From a virus: 64,000 bases of DNA. Made by a program: the position numbers and the translations under genes. The DNA is taken from positions 32,001 through 96,000 of IMG/VR virus record IMGVR_UViG_3300009509_000004; one strand, written 5' to 3'. The notes beneath the pieces were generated by a model. The model ran no database searches. It was not told the DNA's origin and saw nothing but the letters and a program-made list of their open reading frames with translations. Shown here one piece after another: positions 58,056 through 64,000 of the stretch; the first letter of the stretch is position 1, and each line of letters begins with the position of its first letter.

Positions 58056-58453
58056 TACAACTTGGTGTAGCCCTTTTTCTGCTTGGCCTTCACCAGATCG
58101 GCAAACACGTGTTCTGCCTTGCCTTGGGATGGATACTTGCCCTTGATCTGCCTCTGGAGAGAATGCGTGCGCCGCCCCCACTCGATTGTCACCTGGAAGT
58201 CGCCATCTGCAAGCCTGTCCAAGTGGACGTTGTACACCTTGTCCGATGTCCCTTGGCGATAGGCCAAGTTGGTCGTCACGATCCTGGCTGCCTCTGTCGC
58301 CCCGTGTGCGTTCTTTGTGTCCAGCGCGTCTGCTATGACGTCTGGTATGGCCTTGGCCTCTGCCGCTTCCCTCCGCACATCCTCGACACTTTTCAGCACG
58401 CCCTGCCCAAAAGTGCCCTCCCTCATCGCCTTTCTGATTTGTTCGAGATCCAT
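58055..58453 (-). CDS. WGR-domain protein
   Basis: GTSDKVYNVHL...VTIEWGRR...F..LVKAKQKKGY; the true start is MDLEQ inside the 404-aa ORF. Confidence 0.85.
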   Translation of the reverse strand: MDLEQIRKAMREGTFGQGVLKSVEDVRREAAEAKAIPDVIADALDTKNAHGATEAARIVTTNLAYRQGTSDKVYNVHLDRLADGDFQVTIEWGRRTHSLQRQIKGKYPSQGKAEHVFADLVKAKQKKGYTKL

Positions 58454-58463
58454 GATCCACCTC

Positions 58464-59297
58464 TCAATCGAAGCAACCCGTGTTTCGCCAGTACACCTTG
58501 AGGTCTGGGTCGAAATACACGGTGTTGTCCGGTGACTCGTATGTTTGCCCCTTCTTGGCCCCTTCCCGCTCAAACGCCACCACGTAGGAATTGACGATGA
58601 ACTCGCCGTTGCTGAATCGCAGCTGCGTCCAGCCCTTGTCGCAGAGCGCTTCCAGCGCGTTGTCGCTGATGGAGCACGGCAATTTGCGCTCTGGCTGCCT
58701 GACCTTGAGGATGTGATCGGGGTGGATCCAACGGACATCGCTTGGGCCTCTGAACCGTTTGCCCATCGCTGCCCCCATCGCCTTGAGCATCGCCAGATCC
58801 GACTCGATGCCCCTGAGATTGCGCTCGATGCCGACCTTGCCCGACTGGAAGTTGACTTTTGCCACCCGCTCCCACTTGCTGCCGTCCCTGTAATTGACCA
58901 ACACCTCGTCACCGATGCTGATTTTTGTGCCGCTGGGTGCGTTGCGCCAAAATTGTGACCCGTTGTAATCCAGATCGCCGATTGCCGCCCTGCCTCGCTC
59001 TGCCCGCGCCTGCTTCCGTTCTTGGACTTCCTGCTGCGTGCCTTCCATCTGTCCCAACGCCTCGTTGAGCTGCTCCTGGGTGTATGTGCCCTTGGGCAGC
59101 CCCAAAAGCGCCTCGCCCTTGACCGTCCAAGCGTAGGTTTTGCCTGTGCGCTCGATGGGCGCAAGCGTGTACTCTCGCTTGCCTGCGTATTTGCCCCGCC
59201 TGATGTACCTGGCGCTTTGGATGACGCAATCGATCCTTTTGCCTTTCGACATGATGCTGACCGCGTCACCTACCTTGAGTGCTTTGAGATCTGTCAT
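58464..59297 (-). CDS. Early protein with tandem SH3/KOW-like beta barrels
   Basis: LKVGDAVSI and ISIGDEVLVNY segments; AGGAGAACGG RBS. Confidence 0.65.
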   Translation of the reverse strand: MTDLKALKVGDAVSIMSKGKRIDCVIQSARYIRRGKYAGKREYTLAPIERTGKTYAWTVKGEALLGLPKGTYTQEQLNEALGQMEGTQQEVQERKQARAERGRAAIGDLDYNGSQFWRNAPSGTKISIGDEVLVNYRDGSKWERVAKVNFQSGKVGIERNLRGIESDLAMLKAMGAAMGKRFRGPSDVRWIHPDHILKVRQPERKLPCSISDNALEALCDKGWTQLRFSNGEFIVNSYVVAFEREGAKKGQTYESPDNTVYFDPDLKVYWRNTGCFD

Positions 59298-59351
59298 GCC
59301 CGTTCTCCTTGTTGGGTTGCCAACCCTCTTTGTTTTCTACTGAGCTGCCAC

Positions 59352-59639
59352 TTACAGCGCTGAAATTGCCGCCTCGATGTCTTCTGCCGATGCTCCGTTG
59401 AATTTCCCAAACTCCCTGACGCCTTTTTCGGTGATTTCTGCGAAGTAGTGCTTGACCTTGCGGGTGCGCTGCTCGCTGAAAACCTTGATGAGCCCTTCCT
59501 CGGTGAGCTGCTTGACCGCCTCGCCATATCCTGCCTGGAACCAATCTGGGCTGCGAAAGTTGGTGCCCAACTCGATGATGCCGCCGTTGGTGTTGAGGAT
59601 GTTGATGAGAATGTCTTTTTGCGCCTCGTTGAAATTCAT
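59352..59639 (-). CDS. Small winged-helix-like protein
   Basis: AVKQLTEEGLIKV...EITEKG. Confidence 0.65.
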   Translation of the reverse strand: MNFNEAQKDILINILNTNGGIIELGTNFRSPDWFQAGYGEAVKQLTEEGLIKVFSEQRTRKVKHYFAEITEKGVREFGKFNGASAEDIEAAISAL

Positions 59640-59650
59640 CGTGACCTCCT

Positions 59651-59731
59651 ATTCTTCAATTATAGTTGGCTTGCTTCCAGAAGTCAAGAAAAAAACGACC
59701 TTGGAGGCAACTTTTTTTGGCTCCATCGTTC
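59651..59731 (-). promoter_or_regulatory. Repeat terminator-promoter copy 3
   Basis: Core identical to copies 2 and 5. Confidence 0.9.
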
Positions 59732-59826
59732 TCCACCTCCTTGACGATGTGTGTTTTTTATACACACACCTGCCCGTGGCCGCCTGGCTGGGCAGCCGCC
59801 TGCGCGCCCCGCTGCCGCCGCCGTGC

Positions 59827-60003
59827 CTACTGGCGGTGTGGCGGCTTGACCCGCTTGACCTTGCCCGCCTTGGTGTTGCGGGAGTGGTTGGCCTTTGAGC
59901 GGGAAAAAAGGGTGCGGCAGAATCCGTCGTTGCGGTCGTTGTAGCTGCCGACCTCGATGAAAAGCGCCTTGCGGATGGAGATCTGATTTGCGTTGTTGGT
60001 CAT
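59827..60003 (-). CDS. 58-aa basic protein
   Basis: Translated by hand as MTNNANQISIRKALFIEVGSYNDRNDGFCRTLFSRSKANHSRNTKAGKVKRVKPPHRQ; directly behind the repeat promoter and leader. Confidence 0.65.
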   Translation of the reverse strand: MTNNANQISIRKALFIEVGSYNDRNDGFCRTLFSRSKANHSRNTKAGKVKRVKPPHRQ

Positions 60004-60020
60004 GTCCGTTCTCCTTTGCC

Positions 60021-60101
60021 CTATTCTTCAATTATAGTTGGCTTGCTTCCAGAAGTCAAGAAAAAAGTTGCCTTGGGGCCAATTTTTTTTGACCCCAAGG
60101 C
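60021..60101 (-). promoter_or_regulatory. Repeat terminator-promoter copy 4
   Basis: 13-bp stem (60070-60082/60089-60101), then a T tract, then TTGACT-17-TATAAT. Confidence 0.9.
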
Positions 60102-60113
60102 GTGACACCTCCC

Positions 60114-60341
60114 TCAATAGACGATCCAACCCCGCCCCATGTTGTCCCTGCGTCGTGGGATGTCCTCTGCCGGCACGTCCAACTTCCCTGCGTACACCCC
60201 GACCATCAGCGGATCGTCGCAGACGATCCCAACACAAGTGGAACCGTACATACAACGCCCCGAATATGTTGGGCGCACGCTCGCCTCGTATCCGTCTGAC
60301 TCCAACGCCTCCACGATTTTCTCTGCTTGCTCCAACGTCAT
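60114..60341 (-). CDS. Small conserved phage protein
   Basis: YSGRCMYGSTCVGI...DNMGRGWIVY pattern; AGGAGAACGG RBS. Confidence 0.7.
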   Translation of the reverse strand: MTLEQAEKIVEALESDGYEASVRPTYSGRCMYGSTCVGIVCDDPLMVGVYAGKLDVPAEDIPRRRDNMGRGWIVY

Positions 60342-60354
60342 GTCCGTTCTCCTT

Positions 60355-60660
60355 TCAATCCAAAGTGAAGCGCACGACCCAGCCTGAACCGTGCGCGGCG
60401 TGAGTGTATTGAACGGGTGCGCTCGCCTGCCGTAGCTGACCGCCGTGGAGGTGGTGGAAGTAGGGTTGCCGGATGAGCGCCCTCAAAACCACCTCCTGGA
60501 CCTTCCTGATGTCCTGGAAGTCTGCTGGCGAGTCTGCGAGCACGGTGACCTCTGCTCCGATGACCTGATATGGGTCGTGCTGGCGACCTCTCGCTGCCGC
60601 TTTGACCATTAGACTGGGCCTGAACCCAGCCTTGATCGGATTTTGGTGGATGACCTTCAT
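60355..60660 (-). CDS. Hypothetical protein
   Basis: 4-nt start/stop overlap with the upstream gene. Confidence 0.55.
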   Translation of the reverse strand: MKVIHQNPIKAGFRPSLMVKAAARGRQHDPYQVIGAEVTVLADSPADFQDIRKVQEVVLRALIRQPYFHHLHGGQLRQASAPVQYTHAAHGSGWVVRFTLD

Positions 60661-60842
60661 TCTCGCTTCCCCTCGACCTCGACTGAGAATTTCAACTCAA
60701 TGTCGTATCCGTTCTCAGGATTTTCGTGAACAAAATCGACCATTTCCTTGAGCGCTTCCATTGCCTCCTGCCAGGAAAGATCCCGATCTGTACACCGACC
60801 GTCCACCCAAAATTCCACTTTTTTCAGTAGTTTTGTCTTCAT
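60657..60842 (-). CDS. Small hypothetical protein
   Basis: MKTKLLKKVEFWVDG start after GGAGAACGG. Confidence 0.6.
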   Translation of the reverse strand: MKTKLLKKVEFWVDGRCTDRDLSWQEAMEALKEMVDFVHENPENGYDIELKFSVEVEGKRE

Positions 60843-60855
60843 TGCCCGTTCTCCC

Positions 60856-61335
60856 TTAGCTGCTTGCCAAGCCAAAAAATACAAAAACTTTGCCGTGTCG
60901 CCCCGCCATCCCGTAGCGCTTTTTGTACTCGACCGTTGCGCTGTAGCCCAACTCGATGGCGAGCGCTGGCCCCCACTTGTCGTTGTAGCGCCTGGCGTGA
61001 CTGAGCGCCCAGGTGCGATACTGCTTGGGAACCTGACGGATGAAATTGCGCTTGGCCTCTTTGTCGTCTGAATCCGACTCCTGGAAGAATGCCGCCGCCT
61101 CGATCCAACCGATGGCCTTGCCGACCTTGACCTGCTTGTTGGGAAGCTGGATGAGGGTGTAACCGTGCTTGGAAGCGATGTCGCCGCTGTAGCTGTAGAG
61201 ATCCTCATCGCAAGCGTCGTATCCGTCGCAAGCCATATCCGCCCGCCTCTCGCTGGCCGCCTGGTCTTGCGCGTTGCGGAAAGCCGCCCCGATGTCTTTG
61301 CCAAATGCCGTCGTTGAGAATTCACATGCGCCCAT
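60856..61335 (-). CDS. Conserved phage early protein
   Basis: MGACEF...YSGDIASK...DKWGPALAI...FVFFGLASS pattern. Confidence 0.7.
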   Translation of the reverse strand: MGACEFSTTAFGKDIGAAFRNAQDQAASERRADMACDGYDACDEDLYSYSGDIASKHGYTLIQLPNKQVKVGKAIGWIEAAAFFQESDSDDKEAKRNFIRQVPKQYRTWALSHARRYNDKWGPALAIELGYSATVEYKKRYGMAGRHGKVFVFFGLASS

Positions 61336-61356
61336 TTCCGTTCTCCTTTTGTTTGC

Positions 61357-61440
61357 CCTATTCTTCAATTATAGTTGGCTTGCTTCCAGAAGTCAAGAAA
61401 AAAACGACCTTGGAGGCAACTTTTTTTGTCTCCAAGGTCG
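61357..61440 (-). promoter_or_regulatory. Repeat terminator-promoter copy 5
   Basis: Perfect 11-bp stem (61405-61415/61430-61440), T7, then TTGACT-17-TATAAT. Confidence 0.9.
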
Positions 61441-61450
61441 CCATCTCCCC

Positions 61451-61786
61451 TCACTCTCCTTTCACAAACCAATCGACAGGGGCAAGCCCCAAGTATCCGT
61501 TCAGCCGCTCAAATACCTCGTTGGCGTCCAAGCAACCCTCGATCCGACTCCGCACCGCCTCCACGAAACACCGCGCCCCGATTGTCGAGACAACGCCGTT
61601 GAGAATCAGCCAACGGCCATCAGCGATCTCGATCTCCACCATCTTCCCATCTTCCTCAAATAGAATCTGGGCAGCTGTCTCGCCCTCGCCCACCTCCCAC
61701 GTATAGTGGGCACCCTCGCCATCGCCGTCCACGAAAAACCCAGCAACGATGGCTCTCTTGGTCTCTTTGATTTTCTTCTTCATCAT
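61451..61786 (-). CDS. Hypothetical protein
   Basis: AGGAGAACGG RBS before MMKKK. Confidence 0.6.
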   Translation of the reverse strand: MMKKKIKETKRAIVAGFFVDGDGEGAHYTWEVGEGETAAQILFEEDGKMVEIEIADGRWLILNGVVSTIGARCFVEAVRSRIEGCLDANEVFERLNGYLGLAPVDWFVKGE

Positions 61787-61822
61787 CCGTTCTCCTTTCA
61801 AGTTGGTATGCCGTCCAACCAT

Positions 61823-61897
61823 ACTTCAATTATAGTTGACACCCCCGACTATTTTTGGTCCATTTTGCAGGTTGGAGGCAATTTTTTTTGTCTCCAC
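61823..61897 (-). promoter_or_regulatory. Variant repeat promoter (TATAAT kept, -35 altered)
   Basis: caacTATAATtgaag and the upstream A-tract/TTGCCTCCAA box are retained; no TTGACT at 17 bp. Confidence 0.55.
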
Positions 61898-62131
61898 GTA
61901 CTTTTTTTGAGAGCCAATTTTTTTTTGCCTCCACGTTCTTTTTCTCTTGACTTCTGCTCCCCAATTTTCTCAATTTCCAAAGTCTATTGAATAGATTGCG
62001 GAGAACCCACGCCCGCTTGGCTCGTTTGCGTCGTGCCTCTCGCTCAAGCCCCGCTTGGATATGCTCCACCCATGCCGCTCGATGTGGGTTTTCTTGGCTC
62101 TGCCGATCTTGCAATTGCGGAAAGCCACGTC

Positions 62132-62191
62132 AAAAAAAGTTGGCTCTGAAGTCTCTTTTTTCTTGACTACAACTTCTTTTGGCGTTATACT
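62132..62191 (+). promoter_or_regulatory. Opposite-strand copy of the repeat promoter
   Basis: A7GTTGGCTCTGAAGTCTCT6C, TTGACT (62163-68), 17 bp, TATACT (62186-91). Confidence 0.8.
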
Positions 62192-62196
62192 ATACT

Positions 62197-62337
62197 TGCG
62201 GGGTGTATGCTGCATTCGCGTGCTACCGTTTGCCTGAACCTTCTAACGCGCCGCGTTAGAGCAAGGCAGATCTCCCCCTTCCTCCCCAGCGGTGCTGGTA
62301 GGTACCAGTACTGTCCTGGATGTGCTTCCACCTGCTC
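62197..62337 (+). ncRNA. Candidate small RNA
   Basis: Downstream of the plus-strand promoter; two hairpins flank a C-rich tract; no convincing ORF. Confidence 0.45.
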
Positions 62338-62550
62338 CTACGGCAGAACGTGGACCACGGTGAAGCCTCTCGACTGCGCCGTGGCCTTGGCCTGCTGGCG
62401 TGCCTCGGTGAAGGTGCCGGTGAAGCTGACCCAATTATCCATGTTGTCTGGATCGTCGCCCAGAGCGAACATCCACGCCCCAAAACCCTTGGGTTGCTTC
62501 ATGTGACTGCGGAAGAATGCTGCGGTTTCAACTGATACTCTCTTTGCCAT
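62338..62550 (-). CDS. Small conserved phage early protein
   Basis: SHMKQPKGFGAWMF...GTFTEARQQA...VHVLP; behind the repeat promoter. Confidence 0.7.
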   Translation of the reverse strand: MAKRVSVETAAFFRSHMKQPKGFGAWMFALGDDPDNMDNWVSFTGTFTEARQQAKATAQSRGFTVVHVLP

Positions 62551-62565
62551 GTCCGTTCTCCTTTG

Positions 62566-62642
62566 CCCTATTCTTCAATTATAGTTGGCTTGCTTCCAGA
62601 AGTCAAGAAAAAAACGACCTTGGAGCCAACTTTTTTTGACCC
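62566..62642 (-). promoter_or_regulatory. Repeat promoter copy 6
   Basis: TTGACT-17-TATAAT with the conserved leader. Confidence 0.9.
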
Positions 62643-62671
62643 ACCACTTCCACTGAGCAATGCCCTGAACA

Positions 62672-62705
62672 GAAAAGTAGGAGTGCCCCACAACGGGGCA
62701 CTCCT
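62672..62705 (-). terminator. Intrinsic terminator
   Basis: AGGAGTGCCCC-5nt-GGGGCACTCCT followed by ACTTTT on the minus strand. Confidence 0.8.
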
Positions 62706-62735
62706 TGGGCAAATGGAGAACGGATGACGATCTGG

Positions 62736-63344
62736 TCAGCGCTGATCTGTCTTCAAGATCCCAAAGCGCTGCGTGAGCTTGTATTCATCGATGAGCTGAT
62801 CTGCGATGTCCTTGTTGCCCAGCTCTTGGGCAAGCATCGTCAGCACCAACCCGATGATGTTGTGCGTGTAGTTGCCATTCTGTTGGAGTGCTCGCCTGAT
62901 GCGCGATCTCGCCTTGGTGACTGCTTCTGGCTCGTTGTCCGGCACCTTGTCGCAGATGCACTCGACCCTGCCGCAGATCTCACAAAGTGGGCGTGGGGCT
63001 GGCTTTTCCGATTTGCTGGGTGCCTTCTTGGCCTCCCTCGCTGCCTCCCCTGCCGCCTCTCGTGTTTTCGATTTGATCTTGACCTTCCCCTTGGGCTTGG
63101 TCTGCTTTTTGCCTCCTTGCTGTGTTTCTGCGTGCTGGCCCTCGCTGGGTGCCTCTGGTGCCGTGTAGCCTTTCTCTCTGATGTCGCCGTGAGCTTCGCA
63201 ATCTGGATTGCGACAGAATGCGTATGGGTCAGACTTCTTGACTGACCTGTACTTGCCTGCCGCCTGAAGCTCTGGGTCTGGCATGTGCTTGAAGAGAATC
63301 TTGCCGCACGCGGGACAAGGTGGCTGTTTTGGTCTGCCTGCCAT
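62736..63344 (-). CDS. Zn-finger-containing protein with a basic linker
   Basis: CPAC...CRNPDC and CEIC...CIC; AGGAGG RBS. Confidence 0.7.
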   Translation of the reverse strand: MAGRPKQPPCPACGKILFKHMPDPELQAAGKYRSVKKSDPYAFCRNPDCEAHGDIREKGYTAPEAPSEGQHAETQQGGKKQTKPKGKVKIKSKTREAAGEAAREAKKAPSKSEKPAPRPLCEICGRVECICDKVPDNEPEAVTKARSRIRRALQQNGNYTHNIIGLVLTMLAQELGNKDIADQLIDEYKLTQRFGILKTDQR

Positions 63345-63356
63345 GGTAGCCTCCTG

Positions 63357-63941
63357 TTATGCCCGCTCGATGACGGTTGCTAGGTTGAAAAGTGCCTCGC
63401 TGATTTCGCTGCGCCCCTTGACCTCTGCGACCTCTGCGAGACTGAGGGTGCGCTCGATGGCGCTGTCCCTGTCGTAACTGAACTGCTGCGTTTGCGCGAC
63501 TTGAAGCGCCTTGTCGGTGTACTCTTTGGCCGTCGTGAACTCGTGACCGTTGAGCGCCCGCTCGATGACCTGAAGCGCCTCTTGAACGATGTGGACGGTG
63601 ACCTTGCCGTAGCTGGTGCTGCGACGGTTGCCTGCGTAGGTGGTGCGCGTCCAAACCTGGTAGCCCTTTGCGCGCTTGATTTGCTGGGCCTGCTCCCAAA
63701 GCTCCTTTGCGATGGCCCAAGTGAAAGTGACCTCGGTGATCTCGACTGCCGACTTGACAAACGCCTTGCTTTCGCCGTGTCGGGTGCTGGCCCCGCCGTT
63801 GCGCGCTTCCTTGGCGCTGCTTACCTCGCCCCAACACCGCACGATGGCTTCTGGCTTGGCGCGAAAGTCGATGGCCTGAACGATGTACTTGCGACCCGTT
63901 GCTTTGACTTCTGCGATGCGTTCTTTTCTGATTGGCTTCAT
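63357..63941 (-). CDS. Hypothetical early protein
   Basis: Behind the repeat promoter and AGGAGAACGG RBS. Confidence 0.7.
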   Translation of the reverse strand: MKPIRKERIAEVKATGRKYIVQAIDFRAKPEAIVRCWGEVSSAKEARNGGASTRHGESKAFVKSAVEITEVTFTWAIAKELWEQAQQIKRAKGYQVWTRTTYAGNRRSTSYGKVTVHIVQEALQVIERALNGHEFTTAKEYTDKALQVAQTQQFSYDRDSAIERTLSLAEVAEVKGRSEISEALFNLATVIERA

Positions 63942-63956
63942 TCCCGTTCTCCTTTG

Positions 63957-64000
63957 CCCTATTCTTCAATTATAGTTGAAGCCAATCCAGAAGTCAAGAA
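63957..64000 (-). promoter_or_regulatory. Repeat promoter copy 7, cut by the window edge
   Basis: TTGACT-tctggattggcttcaac-TATAAT. Confidence 0.85.

Noticed and set aside
58055-59269. The 404-aa ORF as one protein
   Set aside because: Its N-terminal ~270 aa overlap 58464..59297 out of frame; only the WGR part from 58453 is credible.
57770-61444. Peptides read through the repeat (METKKVASKVVFFLTSGSKPTII...)
   Set aside because: They are explained by conservation of the DNA element, and A/T-tract lengths vary between copies, which breaks the frame. Two copies do have SD-like sequences, so Ribo-seq could revisit this.
62724-63245. Plus-strand ORF behind the inverted GGAGAACGG
   Set aside because: It is almost entirely antisense to a credible Zn-finger gene and the translation looks non-protein-like; the motif is read as an anti-leader instead.
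61-63879. The many plus-strand ORFs (e.g. 17002..18297, 30185..31474, 12786..13658)
   Set aside because: They are antisense shadows of well-supported minus-strand genes and show no motifs.
56441-64000. Repeats as a CRISPR array or integron attC sites
   Set aside because: Spacing is irregular (0.4-1.7 kb) and filled by genes, the repeats contain a consensus promoter, and no cas gene or integrase is in the window.
1-64000. tRNAs, DGR/reverse transcriptase, inteins or introns, stop-codon recoding
   Set aside because: None recognised by eye, and core genes are intact under the standard code. tRNAscan and Infernal were not run.

Overview
This 64-kb window is part of a tailed dsDNA bacteriophage with a contractile (myovirus-type) tail. 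Essentially all credible genes are on the minus strand. In transcription order (right to left): (i) ~56-64 kb is an early/accessory region of short gene cassettes. Each cassette is opened by a near-identical ~80-90-bp repeat that combines a terminator-like hairpin, a consensus sigma70 promoter (TTGACT-17-TATAAT) and a conserved leader/RBS (AGGAGAACGG). Cargo includes a CheY-like receiver, a WGR-domain protein and Zn-finger proteins. (ii) ~40-56 kb holds small hypothetical genes, a ~1-kb non-coding structured region, a candidate small terminase, an ATP-dependent DNA ligase, a deoxynucleoside kinase and an HNH nuclease. (iii) ~1-40 kb is a full morphogenesis module: terminase, portal, MuF, XkdF-like protease, scaffold, major capsid, many accessory virion proteins, neck, sheath, tube, frameshifted chaperone, tape measure, baseplate and a tail fibre cut by the window edge. 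The best novelty candidates are: a MuF head protein fused to a PI3/PI4-kinase-like domain and followed by a small immunity-like gene; an RNA-level control layer on the early cassettes (an inverted anti-leader in a 3' UTR, a conserved GGCA hairpin loop, and an opposite-strand sRNA candidate with an anti-SD tract); and a second head protein that ends in the same KSFWxGVL peptide as the scaffold. All calls come from reading motifs and gene order by eye; no database searches were run.
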